Under the pieces are notes generated by a model, which was not told the DNA's origin, ran no database searches, and worked only from the letters and a program-made list of their open reading frames with translations. A stretch of DNA of 64,000 bases from Nitrospiria bacterium (lineage in GTDB: Bacteria; Nitrospirota; Nitrospiria; JACQBZ01): positions 4,215 through 68,214 of the forward strand of contig DATIYJ010000044.1 in the NCBI GenBank assembly GCA_035517655.1, read 5' to 3'. Below are positions 18,481-27,940 of the stretch, one piece after another. The translations under genes were made by a program, and so were the position numbers. Positions within the stretch are counted from its first letter, which is position 1; each line of letters starts with the position of its first letter.

Positions 18481-19132
18481 CGGATAATCTTACAAAAACG
18501 TTGTCGCGGTGCCGGTCGGCTCCGTTTCCGGTCTCTTTCTCCGCGGGTCGGACCCAAGGGATCCCCTTCAATTTGCTGACCCACTCGGCCAATCGCAGAA
18601 TTTTCTCGGGCGAAGTATCCCGAATAGATAGGTTGGCGTCCTCATGGCCGGCCTGGGCGCACAGAGCGATGGTAAAGCAGCTGGTTCCCCCTCGGATAAT
18701 TTTGAGAGAAAGATTGGCCATGTGACAGTGAACACCGACAAATATGCAGACATCTTCTTTATTGTGCCAGATCGTCAAGTTGGGATGATTGGGATTGATT
18801 TCCACCTCGGGATTGATCTTGGGATACTTGGGCCGATAGTCGGCCATCGGAATGATCCGTGCCGGAATGACATCGGCCAGGATCTTAATGGCTTTCGCCT
18901 TTTTGGCCGCCTTCTCGTTCCAGTTCCAGAGTACCAGCGGACCCGGATGTATCGTGGGGTTCTTGGCTTCGATCAGTTTCCGGGCCGCAAATTCCAGCGC
19001 CTGTTCTTCCGAAACAATCTCGCCTTCAATATGACCTTCCCCCGGCTCCGGGAGCACAATTCCCATCCGGGCGGCGCCGGGTGTAAAATAGGCCTCGGGC
19101 CCTGCAAGCACTCTGTATCTTTCCGACTGCAT
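18467..19132 (-). CDS. Hypothetical protein co-operonic with porABGD; possible epsilon subunit of a five-subunit OFOR
   Basis: 221-aa ORF overlapping the porA start by 14 bp. The epsilon/CO_dh-like assignment is a guess from position and size, not from recognised motifs. Confidence 0.5.
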   Translation of the reverse strand: MQSERYRVLAGPEAYFTPGAARMGIVLPEPGEGHIEGEIVSEEQALEFAARKLIEAKNPTIHPGPLVLWNWNEKAAKKAKAIKILADVIPARIIPMADYRPKYPKINPEVEINPNHPNLTIWHNKEDVCIFVGVHCHMANLSLKIIRGGTSCFTIALCAQAGHEDANLSIRDTSPEKILRLAEWVSKLKGIPWVRPAEKETGNGADRHRDNVFVRLSDGGG

Positions 19133-19195
19133 AACGCGTCCTTTCTCAGGTCTCGGGTGTGTCCCTCTGGGTATCTTCGTCCGTGTTATTATGTA

Positions 19196-19224
19196 ATTTA
19201 AACGCCCTCTGCTCCATTTGTCAA
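19196..19224 (-). promoter_or_regulatory. Candidate promoter for the por operon (TTGACA-N17-TTAAAT on the - strand)
   Basis: -35 at 19219-19224, overlapping the stop of the upstream gene. -10 at 19196-19201. Confidence 0.3.
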
Positions 19225-20072
19225 CGTCTTTTTATCGAAACTGAAACAGCTTGTTCCATTTTTACGGATAGGTGTCTCTGGCGACCGTTTTCCTCAAGAT
19301 AGCGGATAATGTTCCCGACCCCACGGGTCGTCCATTCCTCCAAAAATGGCTGCACCATGACCGAAAAGATCTTGGGCACGCGGTGAATCTCCGGATAGCC
19401 TTCCGCACCAGTCAGGGCGTCCAAAAAAGCGGCCTTGACGCAAGCGGTTAATGCCCTCTGTTGTTTCCTTGCCTCCTCCTCAGGTTCCAGAACACAGAGG
19501 GTTTTGACCTCTTTCAGTGCCGTCACAACCGATGCCGCCGGGAAAGGAGTCTCGTCAATCACCTGAACTAACCCCAACCGGAGTCCCCGATGACGATGGA
19601 GGAGATCCATAGCCACGAGCAGAGAGTCTTCCCAGATTCCGCGCGTGACAAAAACCATATCTGCATCCGTCACTCTATAGACCCTAACATGATTGTCCGC
19701 CACCCACTCCGGATTCGCTACGATCATCGATAGGGACTCTTCATCGCCGTCAACGAATTTTCCAGATACCCCCCCCTCAAACGGGGCGGCGGTTCCGCGG
19801 ATGAGCCGGAATTCGCCGACCTTGTCCGGGGAATATCGCTCCATGATTTTCAAAAATTCTTCCATCGAGAGTTGAAGCACACCGGCCATGGCCGGCCACT
19901 TTGTAAGCGGCAGCGGTGCAATGCCGTACTCAAAATTGTAAATCGCCGAAACGCGTTTGTAGCCCAACGCTTCAGCCATTTTAAACGGGCTGATCTCTTT
20001 CCGAAGCCGATAATGCCGCAGCCACTCTCCAAACGTCTTGAATTGCATAGGATATTGTTCCAAGTTACTCAT
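19221..20072 (-). CDS. XRE-family HTH protein fused to a POR-alpha domain II (transketolase-C-like) domain
   Basis: N-terminus FGEWLRHYRLRKEISPFKMAEALGYKRVSAIYNFEYG fits the XRE HTH pattern. C-terminus DADMVFVTRGIWEDSLLVAMDLL...GLRLGLVQVIDETPFPAASV...TLCVLEPEE is colinear with domain II of the adjacent PorA. Start set at the ATG at 20072; the ORF-track extension lacks coding character. Confidence 0.6.
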   Translation of the reverse strand: MSNLEQYPMQFKTFGEWLRHYRLRKEISPFKMAEALGYKRVSAIYNFEYGIAPLPLTKWPAMAGVLQLSMEEFLKIMERYSPDKVGEFRLIRGTAAPFEGGVSGKFVDGDEESLSMIVANPEWVADNHVRVYRVTDADMVFVTRGIWEDSLLVAMDLLHRHRGLRLGLVQVIDETPFPAASVVTALKEVKTLCVLEPEEEARKQQRALTACVKAAFLDALTGAEGYPEIHRVPKIFSVMVQPFLEEWTTRGVGNIIRYLEENGRQRHLSVKMEQAVSVSIKRR

Positions 20073-20075
20073 TGT

Positions 20076-20091
20076 ATGTAACAATGTAACA
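20076..20091 (-). promoter_or_regulatory. Tandem direct repeat TGTTACAT x2 at the -10/start of the HTH gene (candidate autoregulatory operator)
   Basis: Minus strand reads TGTTACATTGTTACAT, followed by ACA and ATG. It overlaps a candidate -10. Confidence 0.35.
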
Positions 20092-20111
20092 TGCACCAAG
20101 TGCTTAGTCAA
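20083..20111 (-). promoter_or_regulatory. Candidate promoter TTGACT-N17-TACATT giving a near-leaderless transcript for the HTH gene
   Basis: -35 at 20106-20111, -10 at 20083-20088. The ATG lies 10 nt downstream of the -10. Confidence 0.35.
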
Positions 20112-20148
20112 GCTGTTTTTTAGAAGAATTCGGGCGAAATGGACAAAT

Positions 20149-20754
20149 TTACAATAGTTCGCGGCGGCCTTCGAGTGATTTGATGAGAGTGACCTCGTCC
20201 GCATATTCCAAATCCATGCCGACCGGAATCCCGTAGGCGATCCGTGTGACCTTCACACCGGTGGGCTTGATGAGCCGCGTGAGGTAAATCGCCGTCGCTT
20301 CCCCTTCGATCGTCGGGTTGGTGGCGATGATAACCTCCTTGGTCTCTCCCAGTTTAAGCCGATCAAGAAGAGATTGAGCCTTGATTTCGGCGGGCCCTCG
20401 ACCGTCCAGCGGCGAAAGACTTCCCACGAGGACATGGTACAAGCCCTTGTACTCTCCTGTGCGCTCGATGGCAAACAGTGTGCTGGTTTCTTCGACAACA
20501 AGAATCCGCGTGCGATCACGCAAAGGATCGGCGCAGAAGCGGCAGACCTCTTCTTCCGATATGTTATTGCACCAACGGCAAAACCGGAGGCGTTCCTTGA
20601 CATCCAGAATGGCTTGGGCAATCCCTCGAGCTTCTTCGGCAGGCAGCTTGAGAAGAAAAAAAGCCAAGCGCTGGGCCGTCTTCCGACCGATGCCCGGCAG
20701 TTTTCTGAGTTCGTCAATCAATCGGTCGAGCGGGTTTTGAGACGTTCCTTCCAT
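20149..20754 (-). CDS. recR: Recombination protein RecR
   Basis: HhH (LPGIGRKTAQRLAF), C4 zinc finger (CRWC...CRFC), and a Toprim domain. Confidence 0.9.
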   Translation of the reverse strand: MEGTSQNPLDRLIDELRKLPGIGRKTAQRLAFFLLKLPAEEARGIAQAILDVKERLRFCRWCNNISEEEVCRFCADPLRDRTRILVVEETSTLFAIERTGEYKGLYHVLVGSLSPLDGRGPAEIKAQSLLDRLKLGETKEVIIATNPTIEGEATAIYLTRLIKPTGVKVTRIAYGIPVGMDLEYADEVTLIKSLEGRRELL

Positions 20755-20774
20755 CCGCGGTCCCCCTGGCAGTG

Positions 20775-21089
20775 CTATGGAAACAAGCCCGGTATTTGGA
20801 TCCCGCCGGTCAGAGTTTTCATCTGCTCGGCCATGAGCTCCTGGGACTTGCGCCGGGCTTCATTGACGGCCGCAAGAATAAGGTCTTGAAGCATTTCGAC
20901 CTCCTGAGGATTGACCACCTCAGGATCAATCTTGATCGAAACGATCTCTTGCCTTCCGTTCGCCACCACGGTCACCATCCCACCGCCGGCCGTGGCCTCG
21001 ACCGTCTTTTTGCCAGCCTCCTCCTGCAACCGGGCCAGCTTCTCCTGAAGGGCTTGGGCCTGTCTCATCATGTCACCGAATTTGGTCAT
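20775..21089 (-). CDS. ybaB: Nucleoid-associated protein YbaB/EbfC
   Basis: YbaB family ([18 protein letters not shown]...). Start chosen at the internal Met. In the conserved dnaX-ybaB-recR position. Confidence 0.85.
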   Translation of the reverse strand: MTKFGDMMRQAQALQEKLARLQEEAGKKTVEATAGGGMVTVVANGRQEIVSIKIDPEVVNPQEVEMLQDLILAAVNEARRKSQELMAEQMKTLTGGIQIPGLFP

Positions 21090-21262
21090 ATTTCCCTTTC
21101 TTATGCTAAATGTGGATATTGGAAAACGGTCATCTATTTTGGGGCTGCCCAAAATCCTCAAAATGGGAGGCTGCGGGCACCGAGAAGATCGGAGCGTAAA
21201 GACCGTACGCGAGGATCTTCGAGAAACCAAGAACAAAGCGGATGGATTTTTTCGGAGGTCGG

Positions 21263-23020
21263 CTACGATTCTTTAATATCGATCACTTCACCACCGAGAA
21301 TATTCAGCGCCTCTTTGACCAAAGGATGGGCTAAGGTTTCTTGTTGAATCCGCTTGCGCTGTTGTTGCGCCTGTTGATCTTGCTTGAGCTTCAGTTGTTG
21401 TCGCTCATCGGCCGAGCGTTGCTGGCGGACGACCTTCAACTCAACCGGTTTTCCAAAGACCTCTCGAAGCACCGATGCGATGACCAGTTGGTTTTCCTCT
21501 TTCTGAATAAAATCGGCAAAGACGGCTGCCCCCTCGTCGTAGCCGATCACTAAAAGATCTTTATCTTCATGAAAGGCCCATTCCTGAACAACCCCCTTCT
21601 GCAAATAGGAACCGACGTTTGGCTTTTCCTGAAGAAGGCGCTTCATCGCGGTCCCCCAGAGCTCCAAGGGCAATTCGGACCCGCTGGATGATTCGGATCG
21701 GATCTCCATGGCATTTCCACGGACCGGTCCTGTTTGGGGTCGTTGAACGGCGGACATCGATTCCGCATCCGTCGTCTCCGGGGTTTGAACAGGGGGTGGA
21801 GAGGCTTTCGGCCCCCATGGCGCACCGGTGGGAATTCGCACGCCCCGCCTTTCGGAGCCGCCTTCGACAAGAGACTGTTCAAGAAAACGGAGCCGTTCCA
21901 GTAACGTTTCAAACGATTCGAGAGGCTGAATCTGGGTGGCGCGGATCACGGCCATTTCAAGGATAAAACCGGGATAGACCGTTCCACGAAACGATTCCAG
22001 GGCCAAGGAGAAAATCCCAAACAGCCGCTGCAACTCTTCGATGCCGGCGAGGGATGCAAGCTGTCGGATTTCGTCCACTTCTTCCGAAGATAAATCGATC
22101 ATCTCCTCCGGCTCCGGGGTTGACTTGACCATCACGAAGTGACGGAGATATTCCAGCAACTCCCCCGTAAACTGACGGTAGTCCATCCCACGATCGGCCA
22201 ACTCTTTGACCCGTCGCAGAGCTTCGGCCGTTTGGCGGCCCAGAATCGCCTTGACCATGGACACAAGCAACTCTCGACCCGCCGCACCGAGAATCACCTG
22301 AAGATCTTGATCGCTCACCTCTTGGCCGCCGTAAGCCACGCCCTGGTCCAAAAAGCTCAGCGCATCGCGCAAGCTGCCGTCCGCGGCCTTCGCGATCATT
22401 CCCAGTCCCGGCCTCGCAATGCGGATGCCCTCTTCCCGGATGATGCGTTCCAGCTGGGTGACGATTTCCTGGCGCGTGATGCGCTTAAAATGAAAATGCT
22501 GACAGCGGGAGAGGATCGTAGAGGGAATTTTGTGATCTTCGGTCGTGGCGAAGATGAAGACGACGTGTGACGGCGGCTCTTCCAGGGTTTTCAATAAAGC
22601 GTTGAAGGCCTCCTTCGTCAGCATGTGGACTTCGTCTATAATATAAATCCGGTATTTCCCGGCCATGGGGGCGTATTTGACGACCTCCCGCAACTCGCGC
22701 ACCTCGTCAATCCCGCGATTGGATGCCCCGTCGATCTCGATGACGTCCGCAGACTGGCCGGCAGTGATGGCCCGGCAGGAAGGACAGACCTGGCAAGGAG
22801 CAACCGGCGGTCCTTTGACCGCGATCTCGCAGTTTATGGACTTGGCCAGGATCCGGGCCATGGTGGTTTTACCCACCCCGCGCATCCCGGAAAACATATA
22901 AGCATGCGCGATCCGACCCTGTCGAATCGCGTTGATCAGGGTTCGGGCGACATGGGTCTGTCCCACGACCTCTTCAAAGGTCTGTGGTCGCCATTTTCGG
23001 GCCGAGACTTGGTATTCCAT
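21263..23020 (-). CDS. dnaX: DNA polymerase III subunits gamma/tau
   Basis: [16 protein letters not shown]+ P-loop GMRGVGKTT, zinc-binding C residues. Start at MEYQV, possibly 8 codons upstream. Confidence 0.85.
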   Translation of the reverse strand: MEYQVSARKWRPQTFEEVVGQTHVARTLINAIRQGRIAHAYMFSGMRGVGKTTMARILAKSINCEIAVKGPPVAPCQVCPSCRAITAGQSADVIEIDGASNRGIDEVRELREVVKYAPMAGKYRIYIIDEVHMLTKEAFNALLKTLEEPPSHVVFIFATTEDHKIPSTILSRCQHFHFKRITRQEIVTQLERIIREEGIRIARPGLGMIAKAADGSLRDALSFLDQGVAYGGQEVSDQDLQVILGAAGRELLVSMVKAILGRQTAEALRRVKELADRGMDYRQFTGELLEYLRHFVMVKSTPEPEEMIDLSSEEVDEIRQLASLAGIEELQRLFGIFSLALESFRGTVYPGFILEMAVIRATQIQPLESFETLLERLRFLEQSLVEGGSERRGVRIPTGAPWGPKASPPPVQTPETTDAESMSAVQRPQTGPVRGNAMEIRSESSSGSELPLELWGTAMKRLLQEKPNVGSYLQKGVVQEWAFHEDKDLLVIGYDEGAAVFADFIQKEENQLVIASVLREVFGKPVELKVVRQQRSADERQQLKLKQDQQAQQQRKRIQQETLAHPLVKEALNILGGEVIDIKES

Positions 23021-23052
23021 ACGTGACAACCGCTTTCGAGCCAAACTTTAAA

Positions 23053-23148
23053 GGCCAGGCGACCTGCGGCACCCAGAAGTATTTGCTTACCGTTGCTTCC
23101 TTCCGGACCTGGCGGGGTTTGCAAGCTTCCGTCGCACAGGGCCCGGCC
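23053..23148 (-). ncRNA. ffs: Signal recognition particle RNA (small 4.5S-type SRP RNA)
   Basis: Minus strand contains CCAGGUCCGGAAGGAAGCA (conserved helix 8/domain IV). Complementary 5'/3' ends. Conserved position immediately upstream of dnaX. Confidence 0.75.
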
Positions 23149-23254
23149 TTTTTAAAACGATTTACGATTTTCTATTTACCATTCACCACGTTTTCCTCTT
23201 AACCCCGTAAATCGCAAATGGTCAATGGGAAATACTTTCGCTTTGGGAAAGTAT

Positions 23255-23347
23255 TGGCGGAGAGGGAGGGATTCGAACCCTCGAGGAAGCTTGTGACCCC
23301 CTACACGCTTTCCAGGCGTGCCAGTTCAGCCGCTCCTGCACCTCTCC
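23255..23347 (-). tRNA. tRNA-Ser (anticodon GGA), class II with long variable arm, CCA encoded
   Basis: Manual fold: acceptor GGAGAGG/CCTCTCC, anticodon stem CACGC/GCGTG with loop CUGGAAA, T-loop GGTTCGAATCC. Confidence 0.85.
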
Positions 23348-23448
23348 ATGTTTTAGAATGTAGTAGGATTTGCCATGGACGATTCCCCACCGGAAACGCA
23401 ACTTGCAACCATCCTAGATTGAGAGCAAATCCCCTTCCAGAAAATTGT

Positions 23449-23540
23449 TGGCGGAGAGGGAGGGATTTGAACCCCCGGTGGAGTTTCCCCCACAACTGCT
23501 TTCGAGGCAGTCGCCTTCAGCCGGGCTCGGCCACCTCTCC
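23449..23540 (-). tRNA. tRNA-Ser (anticodon CGA), class II, CCA encoded
   Basis: Manual fold: same acceptor stem, anticodon stem ACTGC/GCAGT with loop CUCGAAA, T-loop GGTTCAAATCC. Confidence 0.85.
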
Positions 23541-23542
23541 GT

Positions 23543-23571
23543 AAAAATTGCTCTGCAAATTTTACAGAGCA
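23543..23571 (-). terminator. Rho-independent terminator downstream of tadA
   Basis: Minus strand: 7-bp stem TGCTCTG/CAGAGCA with a 9-nt loop, followed by ATTTTTAC. Confidence 0.5.
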
Positions 23572-23628
23572 TTCGAACAATGGCGCAACAGAAATTAGAA
23601 CCGGATAATATTAGTGTGAGAATGCGGT

Positions 23629-24105
23629 CTATTTCTCTATTGCTCCATTTTCTTCTCTGCGATTTTCAAAAAACTCCTTCAGCACCGACCCGCATTCCCG
23701 GCCCATCACCCCGCCCAAAACCTCCATCCGATGATTCAGTCTCGGGTCGCGCACAAGATCAAACACGGAACCGCAGGCGCCGGCCTTGGGATCATCGGCA
23801 CCAAAGACCAGACGGTCTATACGGGCCAGCACCAGTGCACCGGCGCACATGGCGCAGGGCTCAAGCGTCGCGTACAAAGTCGTCCCCGTCAATCGCCAGC
23901 GGCCGAGTTTTCGAGCTGCCTCGCGAACTGCCAAGATCTCGGCGTGGGCTGCTGGATCTTGAAGCCCCTCCCGCAGGTTGTGAGCCCGCGAAATGATTTC
24001 TCCATTATATACTACAACCGCACCGATGGGAATTTCGCCATCCTCCACCGCCCGCCGCGCTTCCTCCAAAGCTAAAGCCATAAATTTATCGTCTATAGGG
24101 ATCAT
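23629..24105 (-). CDS. tadA: tRNA-specific adenosine deaminase
   Basis: CDA fold with HAEILAV and PCAMCAGAL zinc-binding motifs. 158 aa. Confidence 0.85.
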   Translation of the reverse strand: MIPIDDKFMALALEEARRAVEDGEIPIGAVVVYNGEIISRAHNLREGLQDPAAHAEILAVREAARKLGRWRLTGTTLYATLEPCAMCAGALVLARIDRLVFGADDPKAGACGSVFDLVRDPRLNHRMEVLGGVMGRECGSVLKEFFENRREENGAIEK

Positions 24106-24209
24106 TTCAGAAAATAGATCATTGGAACATTAGACCGCTTTGCTAGCCTTCTTCATTGTTCCAATGTCGAATGCTCCAATGCTCTGAATTTTTGCTTCGC
24201 AATAATTCA

Positions 24210-24283
<74 letters not shown>

Positions 24284-24326
24284 AGGTCTTCACAACTGAG
24301 TCGTAGGGATGAAGGGCCGTTCGTCC

Positions 24327-24842
24327 CTACGATGCGGCCACACTGTCGCGCAACGTGATCGAATACCGCTCGTGTTGAAACGGGTGTACCGCCGGAAAGA
24401 GCTGGAACAGCCAACCGTTAAAAATCTCTTTGCCGTTGTCCAATATTCTAACGTGAACGGCGGGGTTTTTTAACTCGCTCGAGGCCGTTGTAAACGTCGC
24501 CCCATCGATTGTAAGATCCGGCAGGAACTCCTCCGCCTGGACCACCAGGGAAGAGGACGGGATGGCCAATTTTCCTCCCAGCTTAACGACATACTCCTCC
24601 GAACGGTTCTCCTTTTTATCCTCCACCATGAGCTTGACGGCCGTCCATTTTCCCTTCAATGACTCCGGAATCACGGCAGGCGCAGCGCCCGAAATGGGCG
24701 GAACGTCCGCCGGCATGGTTTGCTGAGGAGGCGCGGAGGGTGAGGCCTGGGGTTGAGGAGGAAGCGTTCCTTTCTTTTGACAACCCGCCATCAGAATTAC
24801 GGTCATCAACAGTCCAACGACAGACCTCCGAGCTTGTATCAT
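24327..24842 (-). CDS. Hypothetical lipoprotein with Pro/Gln-rich linker
   Basis: Signal peptide with lipobox LMAGC, then a PPQPQASPSAPPQQ linker. Start chosen at an internal Met. Confidence 0.55.
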   Translation of the reverse strand: MIQARRSVVGLLMTVILMAGCQKKGTLPPQPQASPSAPPQQTMPADVPPISGAAPAVIPESLKGKWTAVKLMVEDKKENRSEEYVVKLGGKLAIPSSSLVVQAEEFLPDLTIDGATFTTASSELKNPAVHVRILDNGKEIFNGWLFQLFPAVHPFQHERYSITLRDSVAAS

Positions 24843-24985
24843 CCGGTCTCCGTTCACCTTCAAAATCATTCGAGCGTATTCTAAGGAAAACACGATCGGA
24901 TTGCAATTAAAAAAGCTGCTCACTTTAGGGGACCGGCCATCGCCGGCCTTGACGTCGACACCGGAACCTGTTAATATAACATCAA

Positions 24986-25012
24986 CCCCAAGTTCGCTTG
25001 GGGATTTTTGTT
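24986..25012 (+). terminator. Terminator-like hairpin (CCCCAAG-TTCG-CTTGGGG + ATTTTTGTT) in the divergent region 48 nt upstream of typA
   Basis: Perfect 7-bp GC-rich stem with a tetraloop, followed by a T-run on the + strand. No upstream + strand gene is visible. Confidence 0.35.
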
Positions 25013-25059
25013 CCCCTGCATCGTTGACATTCTAATGAACCGAAAGGATTGACGACGAC

Positions 25060-26889
25060 ATGACCGTTATTGCACGACGCACCGATCTTCGAAACATCGC
25101 AATCATCGCACACGTGGACCATGGAAAGACGACTCTCGTGGACCGAATGCTCCAGCAGGGCGGGGCCTTCCGGGCTCACGAAACGGTGGGCGAGCGGGTC
25201 ATGGACTCCAACGCCCTGGAGCAGGAGCGCGGGATCACGATCCTGGCGAAGAACACCGCGATCCGCTACAAAGACTTCAAGATCAACATCGTCGACACAC
25301 CCGGCCACGCCGACTTCTCGGGCGAGGTGGAGCGGATTCTGAACATGGTCGACGGCGTCCTGCTCGTTGTGGACGCGTTCGAGGGCCCCATGCCGCAGAC
25401 CCGGTTCGTGCTGCGCAAGGCTTTGGAACTCGACCTTCAACCCATCGTTGTGATCAACAAAATCGATCGGGCCGACGCCCGTCCGGTCGAGGTCTTAAAT
25501 CTCGTCTTTGATCTCTTCATGGAGCTCAACGCCACGGATGAGCAGATGGATTTCCCGGTTGTGTATGCCTCGGCCAAGACCGGCGTGGCGAAACACGCGT
25601 TGGAAGACCCCGACACGAACCTCATCCCCCTGTTCGAAACAATCCTGTCCAAGATTCCCTCCCCCCCGGCGGATGAAGCCGCACCGCTCCAACTCCAGAT
25701 CACGATGCTGGACTACGACAACTACATCGGCCGGATCGCCCTCGGCCGGATCGTCCGGGGAAGAATCCGGCTCAATGAGATCGTGGCGCGGGTTCGTCCG
25801 GACGGACATGTCGAAACGGGAAAGATCAGCCGACTGATGGGGTTTGAGGGATTAAAACGGGTCGAGATCCATGAAGCGCGCAGCGGCGACATCGTGGCCG
25901 TGGCCGGGCTGGAGGACATTCAGATCGGCGACACGGTGGCGGATATAGAAAAGCCGGAGCCGCTTCCGCCGCTGGCGATCGGCGAGCCGACCATCTCGAT
26001 GCTCTTCATGGTCAACGCCTCCCCCTTCGTCGGTCGAGAGGGAAAATTCGTCACCTCCCGGAATCTCCGGGAGCGGCTGTTCAATGAACTCCGGTCGAAC
26101 GTCGCGTTGCGCGTCGAGGAGACCGACAGCACCGACGCCTTCCGGGTCTCCGGCCGCGGCGAACTGCATCTGTCCATCCTGATCGAGAACATGCGTCGCG
26201 AGGGCTACGAGTTGGCCGTCTCCAGGCCGGAGGTGATCTTCAAAGAGGTCAACGGCCGGCGTCTGGAGCCGATCGAACAGGTGTACATCGATATCGAGGA
26301 ATCGTACGTCGGAATTGTAATGGAGCGGCTTGGGCCGCGACGGGCGGAGTTGAAAAACATGGTCAACCACGGCAACGGCTGGGTCCATCTCCTCTTCGAA
26401 ATTCCGGCCCGCGGGCTGTTCGGCTATCGCGGCGAGTTTTTAACCGACACGAAAGGTACCGGCATCTTAAACCAGATGTTTTTGAACTACCAGCCCCACC
26501 GGGGCGAGATCCCTTCGCGGAACCGCGGCGTACTGATCTCGATGGAAGAGGGCGAGGCGGTTCCCTACACGATGCACAATATTCAGGAACGCGGAACGCT
26601 TTTCATCAAGCCGGGCGATAAACTGTACGAAGGCATGATCGTGGGCGAGAATTCGCGCGAGGGCGATATCGTGGTGAATCTTTGCAAGAAGAAACACCTG
26701 ACGAACATCCGCTCCACCAGCGCCGAAGAGGCGGTCACCCTAACGCCGCCCCGTCTCCTGACGCTCGAACAGGCGATCGAGTTCATCGCGGACGATGAAC
26801 TGGTCGAGGTCACGCCGTCCACCATCCGTCTCCGTAAAAAACTCCTGTCCGAGCACGACCGCAAACGGGCGCGGAACAAAACGGAGTAG
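25060..26889 (+). CDS. typA: Translational GTPase TypA/BipA
   Basis: [20 protein letters not shown]1 motif. EF-G-like domain order. 609 aa. Confidence 0.9.
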   Translation: MTVIARRTDLRNIAIIAHVDHGKTTLVDRMLQQGGAFRAHETVGERVMDSNALEQERGITILAKNTAIRYKDFKINIVDTPGHADFSGEVERILNMVDGVLLVVDAFEGPMPQTRFVLRKALELDLQPIVVINKIDRADARPVEVLNLVFDLFMELNATDEQMDFPVVYASAKTGVAKHALEDPDTNLIPLFETILSKIPSPPADEAAPLQLQITMLDYDNYIGRIALGRIVRGRIRLNEIVARVRPDGHVETGKISRLMGFEGLKRVEIHEARSGDIVAVAGLEDIQIGDTVADIEKPEPLPPLAIGEPTISMLFMVNASPFVGREGKFVTSRNLRERLFNELRSNVALRVEETDSTDAFRVSGRGELHLSILIENMRREGYELAVSRPEVIFKEVNGRRLEPIEQVYIDIEESYVGIVMERLGPRRAELKNMVNHGNGWVHLLFEIPARGLFGYRGEFLTDTKGTGILNQMFLNYQPHRGEIPSRNRGVLISMEEGEAVPYTMHNIQERGTLFIKPGDKLYEGMIVGENSREGDIVVNLCKKKHLTNIRSTSAEEAVTLTPPRLLTLEQAIEFIADDELVEVTPSTIRLRKKLLSEHDRKRARNKTE

Positions 26890-26924
26890 AGGCGAACGTC
26901 CGTTCGCCCGAAGAAACCGACCGA

Positions 26925-27842
26925 TCAGTCCCGGCCCGACACCGCGATGCGGTTCTTCCCCTGTCGCTTGGCCGTGAAGAGCGCCGCGTCCGCGGAGGTC
27001 ACCAGCGCGTCCACGGCATGACCGTCCCAGGGAAACGTCGCCAGGCCGGCCGAAAGGGTGATCCGAACGGTTTTGCTTTTAAACGAAAACCGGTGGTCCG
27101 CGACGACGGCCCGTAACTGTTCCAGATGAGCAAGGACCTTGTCTGATTCAAGCTCCGAAATGCAGGCGATAAACTCGTCTCCGCCGTAGCGTCCGACGTC
27201 GCCGAGTCGACCCAGATGCTGGTGCAAAATCGCCCCGACGCTTTTGATCAGGAAACTGCCCGCCAGATGGCCGTGTCTTTCGTTGACTCCCTTGAGGCCG
27301 TCCAGATCCATCATCAGAATGGCGACTCTCGATTGGCTGCGCTGCGCCTGCGCCAGCCGCCGTTCCAGTCGCTCATAAAAAGAATGGAGCGAAAGCAGGC
27401 CGGTCAGATCGTCCAGTTGGATTCGCCGTTGAATCTCCTGTTGGTAACGATGATCGGTTTCATCGTGAAAAGTGAATTTGAGCACCGTGTTGCCGATTTG
27501 AATCTTGTCCCCGTCCTGCAGAAAGGCTCTTGAAATCCGCTCGCCGTTGATGAACGTCCCGTTGGTGGAATGCAGATCGACGATGATGTAATACACTGCG
27601 TCGCCTTCCTCCGCCCTCTGCCGATAGACTTGGGCGTGCCGGCGGGAAACCAAGGAATCCATCAGCGGGATTTGAGCCTCCACGTCCCGTCCGAGGGTCC
27701 GCCCCTTCTCGTCGAAGTGAAAAACCTTTCCGAGATCGCTTCCCGCCATGACGATCAGCGCGGGCGTGTCACGGCCGGACCGGACGCGGGGATGTTGAAG
27801 ACTTTTTTGGTTGACGATCCGAGTTTGATCCTGTCTATCCAT
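26925..27842 (-). CDS. FHA domain-containing diguanylate cyclase (FHA-GGDEF)
   Basis: N-terminal FHA (LGRDVEAQIPLMDSLVSRRHAQVY...STNGTFING). C-terminal GGDEF with RYGGDEF. Confidence 0.8.
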   Translation of the reverse strand: MDRQDQTRIVNQKSLQHPRVRSGRDTPALIVMAGSDLGKVFHFDEKGRTLGRDVEAQIPLMDSLVSRRHAQVYRQRAEEGDAVYYIIVDLHSTNGTFINGERISRAFLQDGDKIQIGNTVLKFTFHDETDHRYQQEIQRRIQLDDLTGLLSLHSFYERLERRLAQAQRSQSRVAILMMDLDGLKGVNERHGHLAGSFLIKSVGAILHQHLGRLGDVGRYGGDEFIACISELESDKVLAHLEQLRAVVADHRFSFKSKTVRITLSAGLATFPWDGHAVDALVTSADAALFTAKRQGKNRIAVSGRD

Positions 27843-27940
27843 AAATTTTCGGCGATCCCGCGGAAAGCCCCCCCTTCATCGTTATCGGCTGTCAGAATAG
27901 CCGTTCTCGGGCGGCCCCGTCAAGCCAAAGGAGAACCGGT

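Noticed and set aside
21090-21262. 173-bp dnaX-ybaB spacer as an ncRNA locus
   Set aside because: It has only a short palindrome (TTTTGGG-CAGC-CCCAAAA) without terminator context. Evidence is insufficient.
23348-23448. Spacer between the two tRNA-Ser genes as a separate small RNA
   Set aside because: It has only a distant 8-bp complementarity (GGATTTGC/GCAAATCC). It is more likely a tRNA spacer or promoter.
24106-24209. 10-bp inverted repeat CATTGGAACA...TGTTCCAATG between tRNA-Arg and tadA as a terminator
   Set aside because: The loop is about 27 nt and there is no clean U-run. It is probably a processing or regulatory hairpin at most.
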